Positions 13,691 to 27,577 of a stretch of 64,000 nucleotides of DNA are shown here, one piece after another; the stretch's first letter is position 1; each line of letters starts with the position of its first letter. The notes beneath the pieces are model-generated. The model saw only the letters and a list, made by a program, of their open reading frames with translations. It ran no database searches and was not told where the DNA came from. This DNA is from the human T2T-CHM13v2.0 reference genome, Homo sapiens. Where the stretch lies: the NCBI RefSeq assembly GCF_009914755.1, contig NC_060933.1; one strand, written 5' to 3'. A program made the translations under genes and the position numbers.

Positions 13691-16568
13691 TTCTATATGG
13701 AAAGGCCATTTTACATTTACTTTGTTCTCTATTTTCTGCACAACTCTCCTCTGTTTCATACTTCTTCTCAGGATAAGGAAAGAAGGACAAAATTGCAAAA
13801 GACATGCTATTAAATAAGTGAATATTCCATTTATTTACGGGTAGGATAAAAATCAGAGATTTAAAATTCTAAAGAAAGTATTTACAGTGTTTCTTTAGAA
13901 GGTCACAGTGAACATAATCTTTCAATCTTCAAAACACTCATTAAAAAAACTGAACCTATCTGCATACTGTGTGATGGCGCATTCATGACACAGCTGTCCT
14001 AAGAAACTATTTTCCCACCTGGAGTTTTAATGGAGTGTACTACTGAATACATCCAACATGGGGAGTTATTTAGATCACATTTCTATGCGTCCTCCACTTC
14101 ATTCTCCTAGGAAGGCTGAAAGTCGGGAAGAGAAATAACAGAGTTTCTCTCTAATTTGGAATTTAAGAAAAATGAGCCAGCAGGAGTGTGTGAATGTTTC
14201 ATGGGTTAAAGAGAGTAAGCTGTACTATCACCTTTTCATCTCTCTTTGTAGAAATCTTGACCTCTCCTGCCCTCATGGCACATTCCTCAGTGTTTTGTCA
14301 TTACTATTGAATATTAGGTGAAGAATAAGGCTCAGTATCAAAAGAAGTAGAGGCACAGATTTTAAGGACCTTGGAGAGTAAATGTAAGAGCAGGAAGCGC
14401 ACAGGGCAAGAACAGTTATGAATAAGTAGAAAGATAAGGGTAGATGAGGCCTAAAAAAGGAGAAGAAAACAAATACGGACTAGAAAGAGAGATAAGTTAA
14501 AGGAAGAAATGAAAGAGAAAGGGCAGCACAAAGGAAAAACTAGACATTAAGGAAAACATACTTGGCGTCTTGGAATGATCTAATAGCAGGAATCTTCATT
14601 AAATGTCAATACTTACAAGCTTTTTTTTTTTCCCAAAATACATCACTCATTTATATTGCTCACACCTCATGTTTGTTATGTCTCCATTTTTCTGTTGCTT
14701 CAGTAAGTTTCAGCTGGCTAGAAGCAAAGATATGTTTTTAAGCCATAATGTAAGCTAAAATAGACAGTTAAAAAGCCAATATTTTATTCCATTTTATGTT
14801 AAATCTTTTTTATAAACTTTTTCAATTCATGAAAAACTTCAGATATGCATAGAAGTTTCAAAAAATCCATAAACCACATGTGTGTCCTCTCCACTGGCAT
14901 TAAATAGATAATAAAAATATATTTTATTTGATTTAGGTATGGTTTTAAAGTAAATAACTATACATATAGCTAAATTGTAACATAGTGTCCTCTCATACTG
15001 GCCTCAATTACCAGGAGACACTCTCTAGAAGTTGATGGGTGTCATTCCCATGTACTATTACCCACCCTTCAGAACTTCCCAAACTACAACTTTGGGTGTC
15101 TATACACCTAGACTCCAAGATAATAGAGGTGGATACAGTTAATCTGTCCATGTTGTCCTCTCTTCTTATAATTCCCTCTTTCTTAAGGATATGCTTTTAT
15201 GGCCTTCATCTTTAATTCAACAGCTTAAGATGTTTTGACACGTGCCTCTTCCCTTCAGCCCAGATTCAACATTCTAAAGATAAGAATAGTTATATAAAAT
15301 TTCATATTATACCTTTTCCTTATGTATGCACTTCATTCTTTCTGCTAATCAATATGCCTGAGAACACATTTGCTTCAGATATCTATACATAGCTCTACTC
15401 TGGTCTATCACATGTCTATAGATTTTGAGGTGCTTACTTTAACAGAAAAAAACTTTTTTCTTTTTATTTTCTTTGCTTCTAAGTTCTTTGCACACTGGCA
15501 GCACATCACAGTGTTCGATTCATTGTAGGAACTCAGTTGACATGTGCTGAATGAATTAATGCATGAACTGCTTTGAATAAATGAATGAATCAATCAGTCC
15601 ACCAAAATCCATAGCCAATGCTTACAGAGCCAGAACCCACACTTCGGACTTCTCAAATCAACTGCACGGTACTTTTCATTCTGCCAAAGTAACTATCAAA
15701 ACAGACTGTAGATGTCTAAATATATTATTCACATTCTTGGGATGTAAAGAGAAAAACTGTTTTCCAGATCAAGATGTTTGATTTATTTTTAATAACTCTT
15801 CATTGTATATTTTATACAGTCTCAAGTCACAGAAAACTGAAAAGCTGAAATTCAACATTGGCTAGTGTCAAATGATTCCTTTTAAAAAAAAAAAAAGATT
15901 TTGGTTTTAGGAGTGAAACAAATGGATCATGGAGAATGAATGCAGTAGATCATTACACAAGCGATCAGTCAGCATCTTTGCCTCCACATTAAGATTACCG
16001 AGTGAACAGCTCAGATTTATAATATCTGAATTTCATGCCAGCATAAAACCCACAACCTAGCCTGAGTTATCATGAGACATTAGGAATAAAGTATGGTGAT
16101 AATATATCCATCCAGTTGCTACATAAACGGAAACACTGTGAGAAAGTTGGCTGAGCACCTTAATAACCTAATTCATAATGTCTCCAAAAAGCCATACAAT
16201 GATTTAGGGGAAATAATGAATGCCAGATAAAGACATATATAATTTAAGATACGTATGTATCATACATATTTCAGTCTTTAGACTTAAACAGTGTGTTAGA
16301 CTTGCCTAGAATTGTCCACTAAAAGATAAAATATTCTGATTTTTTTTCTGCGGCTGTCAAGACATCCTTATATAGTTTCATTAGTTGTTAAGGTTGAAAA
16401 TGTACCTTTCTCATATTTTTCTAAAGAAATTTCTCAAGTAGTGAAATTACATTGACTTTCTAGGTAGACAAACCAGTCCTCTCACATACTAGCTACATTG
16501 ATATGAGTAAGTTATTTAACTTCTCCAAGGTTCAGTTTTATCAGTACATAAAATTAACTTAATTACAT

Positions 16569-17022
16569 TGCAGCAAAGACACGGCAATATGTTCACCAAA
16601 ATCAGAGTCATTTTTATCTTGGGAAGACTGTCTTACTACATTTTCTAGCCTCCTTTGCAATTAGTTGGAGTAATTTGACTGAACTAGCTAATAAAATGGT
16701 GGTAGAAAGTAGACAGTCCGTTTATCAGCCTGGTCCTGATCCTTAAAACCTCCTATGTGTAATTCATTCTTTCTCATACTTTCTTTACTTGCTAATCAGT
16801 TGTCCAGTGAAGGACTTCAAGATCTTAGGTGGTAAAGCCATCAATGGAAGAAACCTGGATTCTGAATGATTCTAATAAACAAAATTTGCAATGTTCTGGA
16901 CCCCACCACCCACGCCTCACTGGCCTATATTGGACTGTGACATCAGTGAAAATTTTTATTGTGTTGAGCCACTAATATATTTGGTTATTTGTTATGGCAG
17001 TTAGTCTACAGTGACTAATACA
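16569..17022 (+). mobile_element. MLT1 (I/J-like) MaLR solo LTR
   Basis: TACATTTTCTAGCCTCCTTTGCAATTAG...GGAAGAAACCTGGATTCTGAATGA...TTTTATTGTGTTGAGCCACT...TTGTTATGGCAG...TGACTAATACA terminus. Confidence 0.75.
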
Positions 17023-17087
17023 AGTACCTATTTTAGAGAGTTACTGAGTTATGAGATAAGTTTATGACTATAAAAAGCATACTACAG

Positions 17088-17679
<592 letters not shown>

Positions 17680-18584
17680 AAAAAGCATAGTACAGTTTAA
17701 CAGAGTCAGGTACTTAGTCTCAGCTTAGTTCCACTTCCTCTTTGCTCAGCATAAAGATCCAAATATGTCTCGCCTTTACATTTCAACCTTTACATTTGAC
17801 CCCTTTGCGATCATGTGTAAAAGAAGGAATATCTTCCTGGGATACTAACTCACTTTACAATAATAATGTGCAGTCGTTTCTTATAGTATTTTTTTTATTA
17901 TTGAAATCATAATTTCTTTTCATCTTTTCATCCAACACTTTTTGACACATGCAGATAAACAATTTGGAATACAGTTTGGAGACCTAATGCAATTCAGAAT
18001 GTCATTTGAATTTATGCCATAAAATGTAAACTCCAACTGGAAATTCTTTAGAAGGAATATATAACTCAAAGATATTTTCTATAACTGTAACAAAGGATAC
18101 ATGTGACATCTAGCTAGTCATTGCTCTGTGCCTATAGAAAATGATTGGGATAGAGAAATGATGGTTGACAATTTAATTCTAATTAAAAATATATGTAAGT
18201 TTATTCCAAAATAAGTCGGGATGCTTTGGTCTATTTAAAAAATTTATTAGCAAAATCCCATTTAAGTGGAAGACAAACAGTGATAGAGTCATTAATCTAG
18301 GCTGACGGAATTTATGGTCTGAAAAGTTCTAAAGTTTGTTTTGAATTACGCCGGTTACATTTCACATTTTGAAATGAGCATCTGAGCAGTTTTATATACA
18401 CATAGATACTTGGTGGCTTGTTATCATTAAGTCAACTCTTCTTTTTAGAGGGTTTTTTTTTTTTTGCAAAAGGTCTAGGCATAACCTCTAAATTTAGAAC
18501 ATAAATATTCCTGAAAATTTAGCTGCACCTTTGCAATCCAAGTTATCAGTGTCACTTTGCCACTGGGTCACATTATCTAAATCT

Positions 18585-18745
18585 CACTTTTATTGAATAC
18601 TTGCTGTGAACCTGCCTCACAGGGCACTTTACAGATCTATTTTATCCACTCCTCATGGCAACACCATGAGGTAGATGACAGCATCAATCACAGTGTCGTC
18701 CATGAGAAAACTAAAACTTAAAGAGGTTGAGTTACTGCTCTTGCT
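18585..18745 (-). mobile_element. MIR
   Basis: TTTATTGAATACTTGCTGTG...CACTTTACAGAT...CCATGAGGTAG...TGAGAAAACTAAAACTTAAAGAGGTTGAGTTACT. Confidence 0.7.
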
Positions 18746-19251
18746 TCTAAAGCCCATGAACTTTCTTATCCAAATGAGACTTGCCAATATGGAGCACACA
18801 GGTTATATATCTGTTATGGTACATTTCTGTTGCAAATACAAAATTGCCCCTTCTTTCTACTCTGCTATCAGTGGGGTGTGTGTATCTTCTCTTTTCCTCC
18901 TCTTCGCCTCCTCTAAGCATGACAGTGGACAGTATGTGTGTGTGTGGCAAGAAAACACCTCCTACAGCTTCACAGAGCTTGGATTATTAACTTGGAACAA
19001 ATGCCAACACTGCCCACAGCTCTAAAGCCTCAACTGCTGAGTGTAACCAAGCCACTTCAGATTGTCCTTGTTTAAGAGATGCTCTGATGCCCACACACGA
19101 CCCTTGTTAAGTCCCTTCTCTCACCCTTCTGAAGCAACACCTGAGACAATGGTGTAGACTCCACAACTCAAAATGTGTACGATTGCTTAGTTCAAATTCT
19201 TTAACCACCTATTTGACATTGTATATTGAATTGTGTCACAATTACAGTCAG

Positions 19252-19788
19252 TGATTTTATTATAAGTCCTAACATCTTAAGTGCTGCCTTGACATTTTCG
19301 AGCCTTATAGAGCCCCAAACCCCTAAATGCAAGTTCCCTTATTCTTCCCAGATATGCTCCTCACTCAAGGGGAAGGCTTCCCACCTGGCTGCACTCCACC
19401 ACACCAGACCAGCGGCACTCCACCCACACCAGACCAGCGGCACTCCACCCACACCAGACCAACTGCACTCCACCCAGTCTTCAACCTAACAGCTTTCACT
19501 TCCCTGCTAGCCCATGGAATGACTCAAACATCTAATTGCATCCTCCCTCAGGAATTAGGGGGCACCCCTGCTCCTGTTATGACAAAACCTATCTCCAACA
19601 GCCTCTTTGGGTCCCCTGTGTGGCCCTGAAGAGCATGAAGTGTCCTCCCCCAGGTGATGAGGGTGACTAATAAACTGTTGTCCATCTCATCTGTCCAGTT
19701 TTGGGCATCACATAGTCAGCCACCTCATCCTATTTAGGGCAGAAGAATTCCCCTTTGCCAGTAGGGGGAATAGAAGATAATCAGAACA
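19252..19788 (+). mobile_element. ERVL-type solo LTR (MER54/MER73/MER74 group)
   Basis: TG...AGTGCTGCCTTGACAT...GCAAGTTCCC start, internal AATAAA (~19669), ends ATCAGAACA; subfamily uncertain. Confidence 0.6.
19391..19476. repeat. 25-bp minisatellite, ~3.5 copies (GCACTCCACCCACACCAGACCAGCG)
   Basis: Copies at 19391-19414 (1-bp shorter), 19415-19439, 19440-19464 and partial 19465-19476. Confidence 0.95.
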
Positions 19789-20469
19789 GTAGTTCCTAGC
19801 ATTTAAATTTTACAAGCACATTTTTGTTTAAAAAAATATACAATTTACTACACAGAAGATAGAAGAGACATGTTAACCAATATATTTAGGACTTAATCTC
19901 AGAATAAATAACAGTTCTTCAAGTTGAATAATTAACTTAAGTAACTAAATTTATTTTAATGGAAGACTCACTGCCCTGTCTTTATTTTTTCATTGTGCTG
20001 TACATTGATGAAAGCTTAAGAACTGATTGGCACAGTCTGTGGACAGATGTGTGAGAAACACTGACTCCTGTGTCTAGAGTCTTTCACTATGTTTGGAAGT
20101 AAACTGATTTTCTTTGTTTGCTCTTGTCCACACCTGCATAAGACCTTGTATTGTCCCAACAGCTGCCAAGTTTTGGTAAAATAAAGGATGCAGTATTTAG
20201 GCCATTATTAGTACCAAATCAAATTGTCAGTCAATCTGGGAGTCCTCTCTATGACCTGTGACTACAACAGTCAAACCATTGAGTATTTTACTTTTTCTAG
20301 ACATTGCCTTAAACTGATTCCATGTGAAGATTTCTATATCTCTTTAATTCATATGAATGATTAAATATGACATTTAGACCTCAGACCAAAAGTCTTTGGC
20401 ACATAATTAAAGATCTCATCAAGGTGTAGACTGGGTTACTTTAAAAAATGATCATGGACACCACCCAAC

Positions 20470-20700
20470 ACAATTATACATTGGAAAATTACATAACCAT
20501 TAAAAACAATAAACTAGATCTTCATGTGTTGGTATGGCAAGGTATTCTAGAAAGGTGGTACATTGAGGAATGGGATGTATAGTATACCCTAGTTATATAA
20601 GACAAAAGGAAGATTATACATACATGTGAAGACTGTATACGCATAAAAATTCTCTGAAAGAATTAAAGAAGAAATGGATAAAATGCTACCTCTTGAACAA
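20470..20700 (+). mobile_element. Ancient L1ME 3' fragment
   Basis: CCATTAAAAACAATAAACTAGATCT..ATGTG...TATAGTATACC...AAATTCTCTGAAAGAAT resembles the L1ME3/4 3' end. Confidence 0.45.
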
Positions 20701-21445
20701 TGGACAACTGACTATCAAGTAAGGATTTACTTACAAGTACTTATAGTGCAGCCAGTTAGTGCTGTTGACTAAACAATCCCCATACAGTTTAGATTTTATT
20801 TGCATGGAGTAGCCAAGTTGGCATTCTCTTATGAAAATATAAAAGCTTAAAATAGATTATTACCTCAAGAGAGATTCAGTCAAACTCCCAAAAGATTAAG
20901 ATAGTAAAGGAATGTCTGGGAATGTCAATGTGTTCTTATTAAAAAGGAGGTTTTGGTCTACTCTAATCTACCTGGAAAGCTCAAACTTACACAAAACTGT
21001 GCATGAAGAAAAATCAAAGAATGTCTCTATGGCACATGCACAGTATCTGAGTTTATATAGCATCACAACTATTTATCCAACAAGGTAAGCTTTACTGCAT
21101 CACGTAATTCTCAACTGTTTTAATAAAGTAACCTGTTAGGAGAGCTTTCTTATTACTATCCATTTAACCATTTAAGATTCTCAACACAGAATTAACAATT
21201 TAGTGTTCACTAAACAGCTAATGCAGAGAAGATCTTCTAAAAATACAAGTTCAACTACTTAAGGATAATCTAGACCCATGATAGCAAAGTCATATCTTCC
21301 AAGTAACTTGGGCATTCTCTGTCATGGATAGTTTGTTATTACAAAGGCCATGCTTGTAGCTCTTTTTTCAGTAAAAACACTTTTGGTTACCAACTGATGC
21401 ATAACAAACCTCTCCAAACTTTTTGAAGTAAGATGGCACTGTTTA

Positions 21446-21562
21446 GTCAGGCAAGGTGGTGCACATCTGTAGTCCCAGCTACTTGGGAGGCTAAAGGGGG
21501 AGGATCACTTGAGTCCAGGAGAATGAGTCCAGACTAAGCGACACATTAAGACTATCTCCAAG
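21446..21562 (+). mobile_element. FLAM (Alu left monomer)
   Basis: GGTGGTGCACATCTGTAGTCCCAGCTACTTGGGAGGCT..GGAGGATCACTTGAG.CCAGGAG. Confidence 0.85.
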
Positions 21563-21687
21563 ATAACAGACAGACAAAAACAACACTCTTTTATTAATAT
21601 CTCAGATTCTGTGATTCATGCATTTGGATACGAAAAAGTAAAGAAGTCTTGGCTCCATGATGTTTAGGGGTGGAATCATCTGGAATA

Positions 21688-21879
21688 AGAGTCAGCAAAC
21701 TCCTTAAAGAGCCAGAAAGTAAATATTTTATGCTTTGTGGGCCATATACAGTCTCTGCTGCACATTTGTCTTTTTAAAATTATGCTTTAAGATTTAAAAA
21801 ATCAATTTTAACTCATGGGTGTCCCAAAAACAGGCAGCAGGCCAGAGCTGGTCCACAGGCTGTAACTTGCCAACTCCTG
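21688..21879. mobile_element. MER58 hAT-Charlie element
   Basis: GAGTCAGCAAACT...AAAGAGCCAGAAAGTAAATATTTTATGCTTTGTGGGCCATA...AAAAACAGGCAGCAGGCCAGA...TTGCCAACTCCTG, with degenerate TIRs. Confidence 0.8.
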
Positions 21880-24800
21880 ACGTGGAGGCTTTTTCACTTT
21901 CATGTCTGGCATCCAGACTGTATGACTTAAAGCCCAGGCTCAGTTGAGACTGTCGACTTGAGCATCTATCCATAGCCTTTCCATGTGATTTGAGCATCTT
22001 AGCTAGATTCTAAGAGAATGTGTCTCATGAGAAAATACTGCCAAAGTTAGTGTACAAGAAAATAGGCGGAAACTACATGGTTTCTTCTTAACTGACTACA
22101 AAAGTCACACAGTATTTTTTCCCACTATATCCTATTCATAACAAATGAGTCAAAAAGGCCAACCTGATTCCAAGGAGGAAGAATTAATCTCCACCCTTCC
22201 TGGAAGAATAAGATCACATTGCACATGGGTACGTGAGATGACAGATGGTGTTGGGGCCAACTTTAGAATATACAACCTGCCATAACCCTTCTACGATTTG
22301 TAAGGGATTGTGAGAGAGAGAGGGAGGTATTCACACGTCAGTACTTGAAGGTAAGGCTATGGTACCATCTTATAATAAGATCCCTTATGTATTTAACTCA
22401 CTTCCTGGATCCTCCCACATGATGAATTCTGTTCCCATGTTGATATTTGTCTACTTAACTCTTTTCAGGATATAATCCAGTTTTTTAACATTCAGTATTA
22501 ATCAGAAGTACCTCACAAGAGTAAAAATGTAAAAATTAAAACAATTAGTCTGGAAAAGTTATGACTTCCAGCTCAAATTGCTATCTCTCTTATATTTGGT
22601 TTATACTAGCATCTGTTCTCCACAAACTTTGAAAATGGTTAACTTCTTCAAGTCAAAGTATTCTTTCAAGTTGATGTACCTTATATTGTGTGCAGTAATA
22701 TATATGCCTCATTTTTTTCATAGTGGGGAGGTAGGTACATCTCAGCCACTCAGTTTTATAGAGACTTTTTTAAAGTTTGTAACATAAATTAAATATTTAT
22801 GCCAGAGCTGCCAAAACAAAGACAAATAGCCATAGCAAACAATTCTCTTAATAAAATTCAATCACTATAATGAAAACTGTTGTCAAAAGGATAAATGCAA
22901 GTTAACTTTCAAAAAAGTTTTGCTTCATGATCCATGGAATTAATAACTCATGTCATGAACAATGAAAACTGAGTGCATCTTAATATTCTTTGTTACTCCT
23001 TTGTGTTCTTGCAAGTGTTTTTTAATTGAATGTCCATCTTTCTTGCAAGGGGTCCTTTCAGAGTTAAAAATATAATTATATTTTCTCATCTAATTAAAAT
23101 GTCAATCAGTTATTCTGGCATATTAAATATAATGGCTGCTACCCAAGTTTTCTTTTCATTTAGATTCTGATTATTTTGCCATGTCACTCAAAAATCTATG
23201 CTTTGCAACTCGTCCAAGATTTTTTCCCCTCATTAGCATAAAACATCTTAGAGTCCTGCTGGTAGCACTTTATCTAGTGCAGGAAATGATTTGGATAATA
23301 AACAGCTGGAAACCAAAATGTTATGTACTGGCAGGGAAAAAAACAGATTAACAATTATACAAAATGAATATAAACTTTTCTCTACCATTCCTTGTAATTT
23401 TATATATTGAGTTTTAGAACTGAAAAAAAAGTCCCAGAAAAGTTTACCAGAAGATAGTCTATCAGACTTTCTCTTTCTTTTTCTCTCTCTACTTTATTTT
23501 TTTCCCACTTCTTCCAATTTTCTACTTTTCTTTACTCTCTCCTTACTGTCTATAAAATGTAGGGGTTGGACCAAATGATATCTAAAATGATTTCTAGTTT
23601 TAATTTTTCTGATTTGCATTAACTTAATATATTTTAGAGGTTCCAAGGGAGCAACTATGTTAGAAAAATTGGCATGAGGTCCATATTTTCATTTTCCCCC
23701 TTTACTCAGGACAACCTTTTCTACCATTCTCTTACTTCTGATATCTTTCTTTTGCCTTCATTTCCTGTCAAGCTACAAACACAAAATGTCTCTTTTACAT
23801 AGCTTAATTCAATTTAAAATCAACCAAATCACTTGTCCTGCAATTTCTCTTCAGGCTATTCTCCATTCAGGGGAGAAAAAAAAACACATGAAGAAAAATA
23901 TTTGTATATTTAAGGTCTTACATCCTATAGTTCCTGTGTTTAGCTCTTCTGAAAATGATACATTTCCTTTGGAAGAGACCACCATCGGAAAGAAAAATAC
24001 CAACCTACCTGTTGTGTAATTTCTGAGCTATTATAGGGATTGAAAATGAGCAGGAAAATTGACAAGTCCTCAACTGCTAGCCAGGCCTAAAATTCTGACA
24101 TTTGGATGAAAAAGCATAAAGCCAGTACTGAACTGTGATGAAATCGGGTGGTCTCTGATCCACAGGATGCTCCTAACTGCTTATAGGCAATTGAATCCCA
24201 AAAGTCATCACTCTTATTGACTTAAAATATGACTGAATGAGGTTTAAGCAAAAAGTGAAGTACTAGGGCCATTAATATTTTATTAATATTAGAAAAAGAT
24301 TTCTTACCAGCGCAGTATAAAATAGACAACTAATTCATTTCAATTACTCATCTACAGTATTAATGATGAAAAGTTTTAGTTTCACATTGAGTGGAATGTG
24401 CTCTAGAAAAAAATAATAAGATAGAGTTATATCTCAGGAAAAGAAATAAGTGTACTGCTTCTCTGAAGTCTGTGATTTGGAATGACACTTGTTTTGGAGA
24501 ACAGCTGCTACCTGAAATGAATGCCAATGTGCCAGCATTTTTTGTCTCAAGATATTTAAAGTGTAGCTATCTGCCCCTCTCTTTTTAATTCCACCTCTGC
24601 ATTGGCTTACACACACTTAGAGATGAGACACTGAACACATGTCTCGGTGTGCTGTATTCTGGTTCATGCACGTTTTGTGTAATCTCACTGACCTCAAGAC
24701 TGGTCTCCTTGCATCCCAGTAGGAATATTCAAGGATTAGGGCATGCAGAGTTTAAATCAATTTGGCCAGAAGACATAGTCACACTCAGTCATGATTTCCA

Positions 24801-25366
24801 AAATGAAAACCATTCAATGTTAAATAAGTCAGACATACTCTGTTCACAACAGGTCAATTCCAAGAGAATCTAACAAGAACTCTTTCATGTGAATTGTACA
24901 AATCAAATCCTCCAGCCACAGTGTGCAAGCTGCAAATGTCTGCCTTTCTTAATAGGAATCAGTACCACTCCTATCTGACATGGATCCAGTGGCTGACAAG
25001 GATGAAAATAATTACTCCATTAAATTTTCCATTGAGAAGGCAATTTCAATAAAATAAGTGCTTCTTCCCCTTTCCCACCTCCAAATCCTTTATTTATTCA
25101 ATCTCTTCCTGAAAGCTAATATTCAACAAATCCTCTCATCTACTCTATCTTCTTATTTAAAAATGAACTAACTGGATTAAATAGTTATTACAGTAGTTTT
25201 GAAAGACAAATGGACCAGTAAACATAAATATGGCCAAGAATTTAAACTCAAGTAAGAGTTTTTATGCTATTGCTTTACTTGAATTTCATGCAATCCTTAA
25301 AGTCTTCACAACTTCCTTGGGCACATAAATAGATTAATATAAGGATTATCATATAGTAGGTACTCA

Positions 25367-25702
<336 letters not shown>

Positions 25703-26539
25703 TTAGTTAAAGAATTCTATTATTCACTGACATTTCAGATACTTCTGAATTAAGCCTCTTGGGATGTTTTAAGAATTAAAATGACTTTTATTTGAAAATG
25801 TACTTCTTGTCTCTTTAAATAATTTGAAGTCTTTCCCAACCCCTCCAACTCTATAGTAATACAAAAACTAAAGGCAAGCTAGTATTAATTGCCTGTTCAG
25901 TGGTGTTATTTGGGTTGAATCTACATTCAAGACAGATACTACATTTTTATCTAAATTATTCTGTCAATAACGACTCACTAATGAGTTACTTGAATAAATT
26001 GGCATTTACCTATGCTATATTGACCCTTCAATTAAGCAAAATAATCAAAACTGACACATCCAAAAAGTGGCAGACACTTTGAACAAATAGTAAAACTACT
26101 GCAAACAGCTCTGAAGCTTTCCTTCAATGTTTAGGGGAAAAAAACACATTTAAGTAAGTGCATTTCTGGTTGTTATCGAAAAATATATAATACATGTATT
26201 ATTTGCTACCTGTGTACCAGACAGAACCTCAAAAACAGTTGTAATGCCCAGTGAAAAACAGTTGCAATAGCACAGTGAAAACTGGCTACCTAGTAAATGC
26301 TGAATGAATTTGTTGAAGAATGAATGAATGCACAGATACCTTTATGTGTAAACATTTTAAGAGTTTCTGCTAATAAATTACAGGATATTCGAATAGATGC
26401 TAATCTAGTTTCTCCTAAGTATCTATTATTGCAGTTGTTCTATGGGGAAGAAAAACTTTAAAAAAGTTTTCAATACTGTCCTTAATGTACAGTTTTGAAA
26501 TTAGGAGTTCCATTCTTGATGATTTGAGTAATAAAACAC

Positions 26540-26765
26540 AGAGGTTAGGAATACAGGCTTTTTTGACTTTGACAGATTTAGCTTCAATTTCTGGCTCTGC
26601 TACTTGTTTAATGTGTAAATTTAGGCATGCTATTTAATCTCTTTAAGCTTACTTCATCACTACTCAAATAGGGAAAAGATTATCTACCACATAGGATTAT
26701 ACTGATCATTAAATATATAATAAATCAATTCATGGCCTGGCACATAGTAAGTCCTCCATAAATAA
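26540..26765 (+). mobile_element. MIR
   Basis: TTAGGAATACAGGCTTT...CTGGCTCTGCTACTT...TTAGGCATGCTATTTAATCTCT...GCCTGGCACATAGTAAGT. Confidence 0.7.
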
Positions 26766-27513
26766 CTTATAAAATACTTTGAAAATCCCTTAAAGCTACT
26801 GTACAGGGCAGGTAGCTAGGCATGAGGTAATTATAAATAAAATATAATGACTTGAAGATGAACCCAGTTCTCCTCAAAGTTTAAAACTATCTCTTTCAGA
26901 GAAGTTGAACCTTAAAATTCATGTTTAAATTTATAAATTAATAATATGTATTTTTCCAATAAAATGTACAACAGAGGTCTAAAATCTGAAACAGTTTGGT
27001 AATGTATTTATCTACATAAATGAGCTACAAGAAAAATTTATATTTCAAGTTAATTAAAAATGAGTAATATCAATAGCGCGGAAATCAAGAGTACTTATAT
27101 CGCTACGGCTTTTACATACAACAAGTATAGAAAGTGGCCTAGAAAATGACACTGGACCTTTAATAAATAAAATATCTTTCCAGGCATGGTATCTGAACTA
27201 TCCACTCAGTAACATGTAAAAGAATTTTAAAATTCAACACCAAGATAATTAACGTTCAGTGTATCTTTTTATAGGTTCTCCCCTCCATCAATCTGCCAAC
27301 TTATATGAATCAATGTTGTACCCAAGCTAGATGTGCTAGATAAAGAGGCCAGAAGATGAAAAGCTAGACAGAAGATGAATACTGAACTCTCTTCAGTAAC
27401 TAACTTCTTTACTTATGCTGCAATGTCTTTATTTACATACTTAAATTTTTCAATGCTATTCCACAGGATCTCTTTCTTTTCTATACTTGGAAAAATCTAC
27501 TTTCATTTATAAT

Positions 27514-27577
27514 TGTTTGGTTGGTTTTTTTTTTTTTTTTTTTTTTGGTTTTTTTTGTTGTTGTTTTTGCTTTGTTG
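27514..27577. repeat. T-rich low-complexity tract with a ~22-nt T run
   Basis: Read directly from the sequence. Confidence 0.9.

Larger units (their letters stand above)
21380..22284 (-). mobile_element. MLT1G/H-like MaLR LTR interrupted by FLAM and MER58
   Basis: Starts GCATAACAAAC..CTCCAAACT (reverse-complement 3' end) and ends GGCCAACTTTAGAATATACAACCTGCCATA (reverse complement of the TGTGGCAG.TTGTATTTTCCAAAGATGGCC-like start). Confidence 0.7.

Noticed and set aside
19391-19476. Direct repeats of CRISPR-like length
   Set aside because: Head-to-tail units with no unique spacers, no cas genes, and a primate context; it is a minisatellite.
22351-22468. Apparent 118-nt intron (AAG|GTAAGG ... 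CTTAACTCTTTTCAG|G)
   Set aside because: The branch-like motif is only ~10 nt from the AG, the donor is not U12-type, and the flanks show no coding frame; such motifs occur by chance.
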